A stretch of DNA of 64,000 nucleotides, taken from a virus. The notes below the pieces were generated by a model. The model ran no database searches, had not been told where the DNA came from, and worked only from the letters and a program-made list of their open reading frames with translations. Location of the stretch: positions 73,012 through 137,011 of the IMG/VR virus record IMGVR_UViG_3300032053_005343; one strand, 5' to 3'. Below are positions 19,555 to 29,171 of this stretch, piece after piece (position 1 is the stretch's first letter; each line of letters begins with the position of its first letter). The translations under genes and the position numbers were made by a program.

Positions 19555-20171
19555 CTCTTGTTGTTTATAATATCATAAATTGTGTTTGAATGAACATTAT
19601 AGATATTGGCTATTTCTTTTACGGAAAATCCATTTTTATACATTGCTCTAATTTCTTGAATATTAAGATCTGTTAATTTTGCAAAATGATTTTTAGATCC
19701 CTGGTGTGTAATACTCATTTTAAGCTTACTTTCTTTGGTGTGCTTATTGCCGTCACGAGAAAGTCCAATATTTCTTTTGTGACTATCGGTTAATATTCTA
19801 CCACTCATTGCTATACTTATTTTTGATTTAGATTTTTCACTATGTTTTCGTCCAAGCATAGGAAATGTACCTGGATTAATAATATTAAATCCATATTTAT
19901 GATCAAAACACTTAGTCCTTTTGAACCAACTTAATTCTCTTTCTATCAAAAGATTAGTTTTAACATTTTCCATTATTTCAAATTTAAAATTATTTTCTCC
20001 ATATTTATTCCAGGAATTTTGTAAATATGTGTTCGGATGTGCATTTCTTTTTAACGCACTTTTATGTAATTTCCATCTGATTATTATATTTGTTGAACTT
20101 CCTATATAAAATTTATTATTTTTTAAACACGTTATCTTATAAATCCCACCAATATGACCTTTTATAAACAT
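19536..20171 (-). CDS. GIY-YIG homing endonuclease (NUMOD3 + HTH)
   Basis: GIYKITC..FYIGSS; GRKHSEKSKSKIS. Confidence 0.9.
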   Translation of the reverse strand: MFIKGHIGGIYKITCLKNNKFYIGSSTNIIIRWKLHKSALKRNAHPNTYLQNSWNKYGENNFKFEIMENVKTNLLIERELSWFKRTKCFDHKYGFNIINPGTFPMLGRKHSEKSKSKISIAMSGRILTDSHKRNIGLSRDGNKHTKESKLKMSITHQGSKNHFAKLTDLNIQEIRAMYKNGFSVKEIANIYNVHSNTIYDIINNKSWKHIQ

Positions 20172-21091
20172 TATCTTTCAGCCCCAGGGCAGATTCTCTT
20201 AAAATTGCAATAAATACATTTATTGAGATTCTCGGTCATTTCAAATAATTCTCTATCTTCCCTATTCTTATGGGCCTTCGCCAATAGAGGATATTCTCTT
20301 TTAATAATATCAATTTGATTTTTAATCTGCAATTTATTAATCTCAATTGTAGGAAATGCTGCCACGGGATCGTCCTCAAAATAGGCTAGAAACGCCGGAA
20401 TAATTACTATATCTTCTAACTTTTCTACCCATTTCATTTTTAGGGCATACATCGAATAAACAGTCATCTGTTCAACAATGTCATTGTTCGGCTTACCTGT
20501 TTTGAAATCTACGAGAATCAGCTTTCCATTATCCTTAAACGCGCAGTCTAATTTGACACTAATTTCTTCTCCTGTTATCATTTTAAATTTTTGAAATTCC
20601 TCGACAGTTATCCATTGATTTTTTTCTAGTGAACTCATAGTTTTAAACAGGTCACACTTGTAAAAAGCTTCTATGCATTTTAATGCTTTTATTTTATAGC
20701 TACTCAACTTTTGCTTGTCGGGCATTCTGTCATAATACATTTCGAAGAAGTTTACCTTTTTGGCACTAGTTTTCCATTCTTGATTTTTTGATTCCACCCA
20801 TCCCTTCCGCAACAAATTAACAACTTTATCTTTAGAATCATTTAAAGATATCCATTTTCCGGTTGACCTAAAAGTTTTAATCGCATACTCTATTGTTTCA
20901 TGTACAATCGAACCGACATACATCGGAAAATTAGTCAAGTTCTTTAATAGATATGCTTCTTTTTGTTCTTTTGTGGCATTCTTCATCCAGCCCCCCCAAG
21001 AGGCAAAGTAATTATACCAGTATTTGCGAGCACATTCCCGGAGAGTTTTAATCCTACTGGCCGACCAAGAAAAATTTAATTCTAAAGACAT
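20171..21091 (-). CDS. PD-(D/E)XK RecB/Cas4-like nuclease
   Basis: SWSASR..ECARKY, GSIVH, KLD, LVDFKTG, CIYCNFKRIC. Confidence 0.85.
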   Translation of the reverse strand: MSLELNFSWSASRIKTLRECARKYWYNYFASWGGWMKNATKEQKEAYLLKNLTNFPMYVGSIVHETIEYAIKTFRSTGKWISLNDSKDKVVNLLRKGWVESKNQEWKTSAKKVNFFEMYYDRMPDKQKLSSYKIKALKCIEAFYKCDLFKTMSSLEKNQWITVEEFQKFKMITGEEISVKLDCAFKDNGKLILVDFKTGKPNNDIVEQMTVYSMYALKMKWVEKLEDIVIIPAFLAYFEDDPVAAFPTIEINKLQIKNQIDIIKREYPLLAKAHKNREDRELFEMTENLNKCIYCNFKRICPGAER

Positions 21092-21633
21092 CTTATTCCA
21101 TTCTTTATTCTTGATATAGTAGCCTGAACAACATTAAATATTTCGGAGATTTCTTTTTGGGTTAAATAATCGTCCTCTATTAATCTTGTAATAACCCTAA
21201 ATTGTGATTCGTTTAATTTTGAACTATGATGTTTTGATCCTTTTGGAGGAGTGGGAAAGATAGAATAATGGGTGCCATGCTTAATAGAATCTTGGGCATT
21301 TTCTGATTTTGTTCCCCATTTTAAATTTTCTAATCTATTATTTTGGGGATTACCATCAAGATGTCTACACTCCATTCCGGGTGGACATGGACCTACAAAA
21401 GCTATTAAAACTAATCTGTGAATATAGAATGTTTTTATTTCATTGTTTTTACATAGGGCGACACCAATATGACCCATTGCGTCACAGCGACGTTGTTTTA
21501 AAATCTTTTGTTTTTCATATTTTAAACTTTTAATTCTCCCCAAATCAGAAACTTCATATAATCCTTCATAATTAATAATAGGCTTCCAAATCTCTTTTGC
21601 TGTTTCTGTAATTTTAGCCATTAATAAATCCAA
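21082..21633 (-). CDS. NUMOD4-HNH homing endonuclease
   Basis: EIWKPIINYEGLYEVSDLGR; CRHLDGNPQNNRLENLKW. Confidence 0.9.
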   Translation of the reverse strand: MDLLMAKITETAKEIWKPIINYEGLYEVSDLGRIKSLKYEKQKILKQRRCDAMGHIGVALCKNNEIKTFYIHRLVLIAFVGPCPPGMECRHLDGNPQNNRLENLKWGTKSENAQDSIKHGTHYSIFPTPPKGSKHHSSKLNESQFRVITRLIEDDYLTQKEISEIFNVVQATISRIKNGIRCL

Positions 21634-21821
21634 ACCTCAACATAATCACAACATGGTTCTTCGATATAATATATTGGAGATGGAACATATACTGTATCTG
21701 TCACAAAATCTATATCACAACCGCTGATTAAAACTAAAAAACCAATTCCTAACAATAATTTTTTCATTTTATTCCTTCCAAAATATATAAACATTTTTAC
21801 CATCCCTCTTTGCGAGATCAA
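21621..21821 (-). CDS. Small putative lipoprotein (likely start MKKLLLG)
   Basis: Signal peptide with LISGC lipobox. Confidence 0.5.
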   Translation of the reverse strand: MISQRGMVKMFIYFGRNKMKKLLLGIGFLVLISGCDIDFVTDTVYVPSPIYYIEEPCCDYVEVWIY

Positions 21822-22143
21822 TACTATTTTTCGTTCCCTTTGATTCTCCGTTCCAAAAAGCTATGATGGCGTCTGATTGATTTATTATTAATTTGTTTCT
21901 TTTAAATCCGGCGCTTTTTCCGTACTGATTCCAATCTGGTAAAATTTCTGTTATAGGAATATTTTTTTCTTCTGCGTATCTTCTTGCGAGACTGTCTGCG
22001 CCTTTCGCGCCTCCACTTACAATTTCAGAAAAAGAAAAACTATCAAGAATTTCTTTCATAAATTCATAGTTAACAAAAGTTCGTGAACCTATTACACCAA
22101 CTTTATTAAAATCTTTTATCACCATAAATTCTATATTATTCAT
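21769..22143 (-). CDS. DUF2493/YspA-like SLOG-family protein
   Basis: VIGSRTF, IVSGGAKGAD, AGFKRN, AFWNGESKGT. Confidence 0.85.
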   Translation of the reverse strand: MNNIEFMVIKDFNKVGVIGSRTFVNYEFMKEILDSFSFSEIVSGGAKGADSLARRYAEEKNIPITEILPDWNQYGKSAGFKRNKLIINQSDAIIAFWNGESKGTKNSIDLAKRDGKNVYIFWKE

Positions 22144-22868
22144 TTTTCATCCATTGTTATTAATGCGTCGTCAATTATTTGATTATTATCTATTGTTCCC
22201 GAAGAAAAATGGAGAATGTATGGCTTGTAAATTTTAACTCTATGTAACCATTCTTTTACATATCCAACCCCACCGTTGCAGGGATGTGAATTATAAATAT
22301 TACCGTTCAATAATTTAATTTTATAGATATCGTTATGGTTTTTATATAGATTTGTAATTAATTCCGATAATGCTCGTTGGTCCCTAGACGGAGCATTGTG
22401 TAAACTTTTTTGTCTTTCCACCCACTGGTTTATAAAATCTTTTATTTGATCACAATTTTTAAGTGCTACGAATCCCGCGCTTATATTATTTGTTCTATAT
22501 TTTTCCTTGACTTCTGGATAAATTGTAACAAAAATATTTGCATTTTCTTTGAACAAATTATTAAGATCCTTCACAATTAAGCAATCAATATCTAAAAGAA
22601 GAATATTTTCAAATTTATTATTATTAATAAAATATTTTAATGATTCAGCCTTTCTTGCGCAATTTATACCAAAACATGTCGAATCATCATCAAATATTTC
22701 AATAAATTTTACTTTATTTAAATTTTTATACTTGTTAAGATCAGATTGATCTATTTCGTTTGTGTAGATAAAAATATTTTCTACGGAAGATTGGTCGTTC
22801 CAATTTTTAAGTGTTTTTTCTAGTTTTGAAAAATAACTTGCTGAGCAAAAACTAATTATGTCAAACAT
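22140..22868 (-). CDS. Nucleotide-diphospho-sugar transferase (GT-A)
   Basis: LLLDIDC DxD motif, ISAGF, DQRAL, ILHF. Confidence 0.75.
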   Translation of the reverse strand: MFDIISFCSASYFSKLEKTLKNWNDQSSVENIFIYTNEIDQSDLNKYKNLNKVKFIEIFDDDSTCFGINCARKAESLKYFINNNKFENILLLDIDCLIVKDLNNLFKENANIFVTIYPEVKEKYRTNNISAGFVALKNCDQIKDFINQWVERQKSLHNAPSRDQRALSELITNLYKNHNDIYKIKLLNGNIYNSHPCNGGVGYVKEWLHRVKIYKPYILHFSSGTIDNNQIIDDALITMDEK

Positions 22869-22869
22869 T

Positions 22870-23898
22870 TTATTCTGGTTCTAGTCCATTGTGTTTTAGA
22901 AAATTTTCAAAACCTTTACCCTTTGGCTCTTTCCAGTCGCAGTCGGTGGCTAACCCGATCCCTTTCCCTCCATAGTCTTTGTATTCGGCGTGGTCTGGAT
23001 CTTCATATCTTCCGAGAGTGTCTTCGTAAGCCTTATAAGTTTTAATCATTCTTTTTTCAAAAGTTCCATTTGCTTTAGCTTCCTCTATATCTTCTTCTAT
23101 GGTTGATCTCCACTCTAATGGATATCCCAATTTAACACCATGTTTACCTAATTTTTTAACGTCTTCTTCTGTAGCTCTGCGAGTGACTATACTGTTTCTC
23201 CCCATATATCTGTCGTTATGAATAAGATCGTACTCATCTATCTCCTCTTCCTCTTCTATTTCTGAATCATTTTCTTCGTTTTCACAACAACATTCATCCA
23301 AAGCCCCATTCGCTTCTGCCTCGGCAACCTCTTCTTCAGTTGCTTTTCGAAGAACTGTCAAATTACCAAATTTTTGGCCTGTTAAATCTTCTTCTGGTTC
23401 CTCTTCTTCGTCGTCTCCTGTTAATATTCTTTTTGCTCCACTATAGATACCTTCTGCAAGAACAGTAATTCCAAGAGCAATTGTAAAATTTTGATCATCG
23501 TCATATACTTGTTTAAGGGCATCATTATTAAACGAATCGGCAATAGCAATGGCGGAACATGTTTGAAAAATGAAAACTATACTCTCTAAAATTTCGGCAC
23601 TAAAAAATTTATCTTTAACATATTCTTCAACAAGTTCGCCAAGTGCTTCAAAAGAATTATCGGATTTTATATCTTCTTTCTTATCTTTCTTAAATTCTTC
23701 TGCCATTTCAAGTATTGCTTCTACTACTTCTTGTTCTTTGTGGCAAAGAAATTTATTAGTTATAATATCACACTTAAGTTTTACAAGCTGTAATGAATTT
23801 GCAACATTCTTTAATTCTTCTTTTGTGTCAATAGCAATAGTTTCTACTCCATCTTTGTTTGTTATTTTTGTTTTCTTTGTTAAATTTTTCTTTTTCAT
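22870..23898 (-). CDS. Acidic protein containing degenerate DLxG-family endonuclease segments
   Basis: EDLTGQKFGNLTVL and KTYKAY..R..P.H..YKDYGGKGI...W.EPKGKGFENFL within E/D-rich sequence. Confidence 0.75.
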   Translation of the reverse strand: MKKKNLTKKTKITNKDGVETIAIDTKEELKNVANSLQLVKLKCDIITNKFLCHKEQEVVEAILEMAEEFKKDKKEDIKSDNSFEALGELVEEYVKDKFFSAEILESIVFIFQTCSAIAIADSFNNDALKQVYDDDQNFTIALGITVLAEGIYSGAKRILTGDDEEEEPEEDLTGQKFGNLTVLRKATEEEVAEAEANGALDECCCENEENDSEIEEEEEIDEYDLIHNDRYMGRNSIVTRRATEEDVKKLGKHGVKLGYPLEWRSTIEEDIEEAKANGTFEKRMIKTYKAYEDTLGRYEDPDHAEYKDYGGKGIGLATDCDWKEPKGKGFENFLKHNGLEPE

Positions 23899-23981
23899 TT
23901 ATTTTCCTTTATTATGCATTTAAATATTTCCACAATGGATTTGTATTTTTAATTGGAAGTTGTATATTTTTGTACATCTCA

Positions 23982-24041
23982 TCATATTACAACTTCTAGT
24001 TTTCCAAACACTTGTCCGGTTAAATCAATAAGTTTGCGCAT
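23982..24041 (-). pseudogene. Remnant 5' end of a DLxG-family endonuclease
   Basis: MRKLIDLTGQVFGKLEVVI then TGA. Confidence 0.7.
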
Positions 24042-24045
24042 AATT

Positions 24046-25233
24046 TTAATCCACAAAAATAGGAGCTTCTACGGTTTTGCCCCATATCGGATGTACCAAA
24101 AAGAATGATTGTTGGGGCTTTTCAAACGCGGCCTTTATACTAAGACTATAAGGCCCATACCCAATTATTGATCCATTTACTATAAAATTCTTGCTTGACA
24201 ATCTTTGGTGCCAATGCCCAAAGACATCTAGATCAGCATATTTACCCTGGTTCCATTGGGCTATTGCCTTATTAATGGGGATACTAATACCCCCCACGCC
24301 ACCAGAGTATCTTATGAAGTTTCCGTGATGAAATCTTACGGTATAGTCATATATATCTAAATAATTAAAATATCCTCTAGATAGTTTAAACTTAATTATA
24401 TCTGATTTTTCGTAGTGGCTTGACAAGAAATTGTATATTAGCCATTCGTAATTGTTTTCCACGCAGGTGGATATTCTAATTTTTTCTGTAGTACGAGAGT
24501 GGTTGCCTACGCTTGTTACTATTACTATCTCGTTGAAATCTCCGGCTTCTATCAGAAAATCTATTGCTGAAACACATAGTTTATAAACATCTATACTTGC
24601 CTCTATTGGACTCATGGCGTTGTTTTCCACAAGCTCCTCATGAATATAACCCGATATCAAGTCTCCCCCTAGCCACAAGACAAGTTTTTTAATATTTGAT
24701 TTACTTCTGCACATTTCTATTAATTTTAATCCATTCTGAAACACTTTATGGAATCTCTCTTTTGCTATTGTTATATTATATTCATTTAAACCGTCTACCG
24801 TTCTAGGATCAACGGTTTCTTCATAGTGTAAATCGGAGCATAAAATAATAGCTGTTGATTCGGAGGGCTTTCCTTCAGAAACTATTTTAATTTTTTCGTG
24901 TTGAATTAAATCTATATTTTTACTAAACAATTCTATTGTATTAATTTGTCCAGACTGGTCCTCAAAAAGTTTTAGAAGTTCTTCGTATTTTTTCTGAAGA
25001 TCTCTTTTTTCTTTGACAACTGTTTTCAACTTAGAATCAAGACCAATTTCTTGTTCCGGAGAGAGCATGGGGGTTCCAGAAACATATCCTTTATCCAGTG
25101 CCTTGTTGTATCTTCCTGACAAAGTTTTTCTAGGTATTTTCAAAACTTTTGCCGCTGCCGCAATAGAACCATATTTCTTTACTGAATCTACAGCTTCTTG
25201 GAGATTTTTTCTTTCATCATTCACTAAATTCAC
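24046..25233 (-). CDS. HTH/coiled-coil + calcineurin-like metallophosphoesterase
   Basis: GSIAAAAKVLKIPRKT HTH; SDLH, GD, GNH, HHG, GHWH. Confidence 0.82.
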   Translation of the reverse strand: MNLVNDERKNLQEAVDSVKKYGSIAAAAKVLKIPRKTLSGRYNKALDKGYVSGTPMLSPEQEIGLDSKLKTVVKEKRDLQKKYEELLKLFEDQSGQINTIELFSKNIDLIQHEKIKIVSEGKPSESTAIILCSDLHYEETVDPRTVDGLNEYNITIAKERFHKVFQNGLKLIEMCRSKSNIKKLVLWLGGDLISGYIHEELVENNAMSPIEASIDVYKLCVSAIDFLIEAGDFNEIVIVTSVGNHSRTTEKIRISTCVENNYEWLIYNFLSSHYEKSDIIKFKLSRGYFNYLDIYDYTVRFHHGNFIRYSGGVGGISIPINKAIAQWNQGKYADLDVFGHWHQRLSSKNFIVNGSIIGYGPYSLSIKAAFEKPQQSFFLVHPIWGKTVEAPIFVD

Positions 25234-25237
25234 ACCC

Positions 25238-28200
25238 TTATTCTAATGAGCATTTCCCATTAAGACAACTATTGTCAGTAGATTCTACCTTTGTTGTTAT
25301 TTCTTTTAAATATTTTTCTGCTTCTTTTGTTGGAAGGGGCATTAGTGGACTTTCGCCCTTGCTTCCATCTCGGAAAATACTTATTCCTTTGAGATCATAC
25401 ATATACTTTTTAATTAAATTTGATAATTGATTTTTTGTTGTATCTTTGGGCAAATTTATAGTTTTCGAGATGGCTCCGTCTATATGTTTCTGGCATATTG
25501 ATTGTATTTTACAGTGTTGCTCTGGGGATATTTCGTGAGCACCCTCAAAATGAGAATAATCTTTTCCCTTTTCTATAAATTCTTTTAATAGTGGATGAAT
25601 AACAATTTCTGTTGATTTATTTGTAAGTTTTGAATGAATATCTTTATGTTTATTAAAATTCCTGCGATAAACCGGAGAGAATAAAGGCTCTATACCAGAA
25701 CTACAACCAGCCACTATACTTGTTGTCCCAGTTGGTTGTATAGATAATATCGCGCAATTTCTAATCCCATAAGATAATATTTTTTTTCTTGTAGATATAG
25801 TCAAACATTCTTTACAAAATCCACTTTCTAAGAATTTTTTCCTATCAAGAAGGGGGAATGATCCCTTTTCCACCCCCAAAAAAACACTTGCTTCATAAGC
25901 TTTCTTTTTTATAAAGAGCATAATTTTATCTGTTATTTTCAATGCCTCTTCTGAACTATATTTTATTCCCATTTTAAGGAACATATCATGTAAGCCTAAA
26001 ATTCCAAGCCCAATTCTTCTGTGATTTTGACATGTTTTTTTAATTATTTCGAGGGGATATTCATTTTTGTCTAAAACATTATCTAGAAATCTTACTCCCA
26101 TACGAATTGTATCATCTAATAAGTCCCAATTTATTTCATCGTTACTTGTTACATGGACAGATAAATTTATTGATCCCAGTGTACATGCATCATATACCGG
26201 CAACCATTGTTCACCACAAGGGTTAGTGGATGACATAGGAGCAACCCACCATATATTGTTATATTTATCTGCATTACCTATAGATAAAATTCCAGGATCC
26301 CCGCACGACAAAGAATTTTCTATTATCTTGTCGTATAACCATTTTGCTTTAACAGTTTTTATTTCTTTTCCTGCCCATTCCAATATTATATCTTTATCTT
26401 TTTCTACTAAGTCTAAAAATTTATCGTCTATTAATACGCTAATATTAGCATTATTTAATTCCTTCTCGTCTAATTTGACACGTAAAAATTCTTCAATATC
26501 TCCATGATCGTATCTTAAACAAAACATTAGCGCGGAATTATGTACCAATAATCCCTCGGATATAAATTTCGCATCATGTTCAATCTGGATATCATATGTT
26601 TCTTCTTTTTCATTTTGTCTTGTTATGCTTAAAACTTTAATAGGAAGAAAATCTCTGTCTCCTTCTGTCAAAATAAATTTTTTCCAACTACACTCCATTT
26701 TTGCTTTTTCCGAATTCTTAAGATCTGTCCAATACGCAGGACTAAAATTCCCTCTGTTATTATATTCTCGTAACATTTTTCTTGGTACTGTTAATGAAAA
26801 TTGTTCCTTTTTTCTTTCTTGGATGCCATCTCTGGCATATTTTAAAGAATATGGAGATATATCATTTTTAATTTTTTCTATTCCAAAATAAGAAAATGCT
26901 GCAACAGAATACATGTCTTTCCATTCTCCTGTGGCTTCCCTATCAAGTCTAGTTTTAGAGACTATACCAAGAGAAGAAAGAACGGCTCTTATTTGTCTTA
27001 AAAAATCTGGATAGACGGATGATGCTATTTTGGGCAAAGTTTTCTTTTTTGTTTTTCCAAGATATCCATCTGCATCTAATAACCCCGCCAAGTATGCCTT
27101 TCTAATTTCTGGCAATCCTTGTAAAATAAAATCAGGCACGTTCATTGTTTGGTGGGGTAATTTAAATTGAGATAAGTATTCTGCAAGTTGTTTTGAACAA
27201 ACACGAGGCTTACTACATTTTTCTTTCGTTTGAAAGTAATCATTTATATGTAAATTATCCCCGAATCTTTTTATATTTTTAACAATTCTATTGTGTATTT
27301 CAGGAATATCATATGGACAAGAAAATGAAACAGTGCCCTTGTTTCCTTCGTTTAAGATTTCTACACATCCATTCCCATGCAAATATCCAAAAAGCCATGC
27401 AATTTCTGTATCCAGGGTCGGTATTGTAATATCCTTGCATGTTGTGGACATTTTTGGTTTAATATAATTATATTCGGGCAATTTTGTTTTATGCCCTTGT
27501 ATTTCTTCTGGAATAAATAAAATTCTGTCCCCATAAATTAAATCTTTGGCAAGCTTCCATTCTACTTTACCAGTTAAATTTTTTAGAGTAGCCCATCTAT
27601 GATTTAAAGAAGATTTAAATATACCCATTTGTGTATCAATTAAAACTATTTCTTGATTTCCGGTGCGTTCAGATGCAATAACTTTATCGTATTTGTTTAA
27701 TCCCGTTTGTACAATATCTCCAATTTTAATATTTTCAATTTTGATTAGTCCGTTATAAGTATGTATTAGCGATCCCTTTGGGAGACATCTTCTCCCGCCG
27801 CCTTCTCTTAATTCATTACATATACCATCTACCATTTTCATCAAACTTACAGCCCCAGTAGCGGTTCCACCACTGCCTTTTATTGGTGTTCCTCTTGGTC
27901 TTACTGAGCTAAAATTGCATCCAACGCCACCACCAAGACTTGTAATTACTGTTATATCATATAGTAATTGTGCCCATTCTTCTCTACTGTCACCACATTT
28001 TACTACGAAACAATTAAGCATAGCAGATTTTTTTCGTCCTGCCCCACGGAATATTCTTCCGCCAGGAACTAATCTATTCTGACTCAATATTTCATAGAAT
28101 TTTTTTTCAAATTCTTTTATTTTTTCTCCATCTTCTGCACTTGCCATAAAGTTAGCTACACGACGACACGCTTCCTGGAATCCCTCGTCTTGACTTATCG

Positions 28201-28267
28201 CATAACGATCTTTAAATATCTGAAGAGCGAATCCTGAAGGTTCGTAAATTGGGAGAGTATTTTCCAC
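25238..28267 (-). CDS. nrdJ: Ribonucleotide reductase, probably class II (B12-dependent), with intein
   Basis: PGGRI, LNCFV, GGGVG, TNPCGEQ, CTLGSINL, RRIGLG, QPTGTTS, ISKTIN, C-terminal CxxxxC; no nrdB in window. Confidence 0.88.
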   Translation of the reverse strand: MENTLPIYEPSGFALQIFKDRYAISQDEGFQEACRRVANFMASAEDGEKIKEFEKKFYEILSQNRLVPGGRIFRGAGRKKSAMLNCFVVKCGDSREEWAQLLYDITVITSLGGGVGCNFSSVRPRGTPIKGSGGTATGAVSLMKMVDGICNELREGGGRRCLPKGSLIHTYNGLIKIENIKIGDIVQTGLNKYDKVIASERTGNQEIVLIDTQMGIFKSSLNHRWATLKNLTGKVEWKLAKDLIYGDRILFIPEEIQGHKTKLPEYNYIKPKMSTTCKDITIPTLDTEIAWLFGYLHGNGCVEILNEGNKGTVSFSCPYDIPEIHNRIVKNIKRFGDNLHINDYFQTKEKCSKPRVCSKQLAEYLSQFKLPHQTMNVPDFILQGLPEIRKAYLAGLLDADGYLGKTKKKTLPKIASSVYPDFLRQIRAVLSSLGIVSKTRLDREATGEWKDMYSVAAFSYFGIEKIKNDISPYSLKYARDGIQERKKEQFSLTVPRKMLREYNNRGNFSPAYWTDLKNSEKAKMECSWKKFILTEGDRDFLPIKVLSITRQNEKEETYDIQIEHDAKFISEGLLVHNSALMFCLRYDHGDIEEFLRVKLDEKELNNANISVLIDDKFLDLVEKDKDIILEWAGKEIKTVKAKWLYDKIIENSLSCGDPGILSIGNADKYNNIWWVAPMSSTNPCGEQWLPVYDACTLGSINLSVHVTSNDEINWDLLDDTIRMGVRFLDNVLDKNEYPLEIIKKTCQNHRRIGLGILGLHDMFLKMGIKYSSEEALKITDKIMLFIKKKAYEASVFLGVEKGSFPLLDRKKFLESGFCKECLTISTRKKILSYGIRNCAILSIQPTGTTSIVAGCSSGIEPLFSPVYRRNFNKHKDIHSKLTNKSTEIVIHPLLKEFIEKGKDYSHFEGAHEISPEQHCKIQSICQKHIDGAISKTINLPKDTTKNQLSNLIKKYMYDLKGISIFRDGSKGESPLMPLPTKEAEKYLKEITTKVESTDNSCLNGKCSLE
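26537..27787 (-). mobile_element. Intein with LAGLIDADG endonuclease in RNR (417 aa)
   Basis: GGGRR|CLPKGS ... LLVHN|SAL; blocks WLFGYLHGNG and YLAGLLDADG. Confidence 0.93.
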
Positions 28268-28572
28268 TAATCAATACTTTCTTCGTATTCGTGAATTTCC
28301 GCGAGTTCTTTTTCAACTAATTCATCAATAAAATCGTCTGGACCTTCGATGGATATGAAATGACAATCTGCATCTATTTTTATATTTTTAATTTCTTTAA
28401 AATATTTATTTTTAATAAGATTTCTAATTTTATCTAAATGACGACCACAGTATTTGAGCATTTCTGAATGATTTTCTAGTCCTTGAACAATATTATAATC
28501 CGCCCCCTCTAGACACGCTTGTAAGTCATCGCCCTGTTTAAAATATAATAAATGAATTTCTGCTGTTTTCAA
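28267..28572 (-). CDS. Hypothetical protein
   Basis: TTG start with AGGAG RBS. Confidence 0.6.
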   Translation of the reverse strand: MKTAEIHLLYFKQGDDLQACLEGADYNIVQGLENHSEMLKYCGRHLDKIRNLIKNKYFKEIKNIKIDADCHFISIEGPDDFIDELVEKELAEIHEYEESID

Positions 28573-28620
28573 AATTTGATCTCCTGTTTCTTGTTAGGGA
28601 TTATACACAAGTTTGGATTT

Positions 28621-29151
28621 TTAAAATGGAATATCAATTGTTTTATAATTTTCTTCTAATATATTAATAATTGATTTGAATTCCTCAATTAATAAATTCA
28701 AATTTTGAGGTTCCCACTCTTTCAATTTAATATCATATCCATCTAATAAATTTTTAATTATTTTATTTTCAGATTCTTTAAAATGCGGACTTTCTGGATT
28801 TTTAGATTTTACGGGACCATAAATTATTTCTTTAATTCCGGCTTGCATCAATAAACATAAACATCTAACACATGGATGTCCAGAAATATATGCCTTGCAT
28901 CCTTCTACACTAGAATTTGCGTTGAGTAGAGCATTGGATTCTCCGTGGATATAGACAAAATATTTGTCTGGAGCCAAATGCGAAAGCAATTCCTCTTTGC
29001 ACGATCTAGGTGTTCCGTTGTACCCCCAAGAGACAGCTTTATTGTTTTTATCTACTAAAAGGCAACCGTGGCGTGTTGAACTATCTTTACTTTTCCTGCT
29101 AATAAATAGGGTTAATCCCATAAAATAATCATCCCAACAAATCCTGTCCAA
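28621..29151 (-). CDS. dCMP deaminase
   Basis: WDDYFM, SKD, GYNG, HGESNA, PCVRC. Confidence 0.92.
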   Translation of the reverse strand: MDRICWDDYFMGLTLFISRKSKDSSTRHGCLLVDKNNKAVSWGYNGTPRSCKEELLSHLAPDKYFVYIHGESNALLNANSSVEGCKAYISGHPCVRCLCLLMQAGIKEIIYGPVKSKNPESPHFKESENKIIKNLLDGYDIKLKEWEPQNLNLLIEEFKSIINILEENYKTIDIPF

Positions 29152-29171
29152 TTAATTCTCCTTTTAATCTA

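Noticed and set aside
6358-21091. Cas4-like nucleases as part of a CRISPR-Cas system
   Set aside because: No cas1/cas2 or array; stand-alone PD-(D/E)XK nucleases are routine in phage replication modules.
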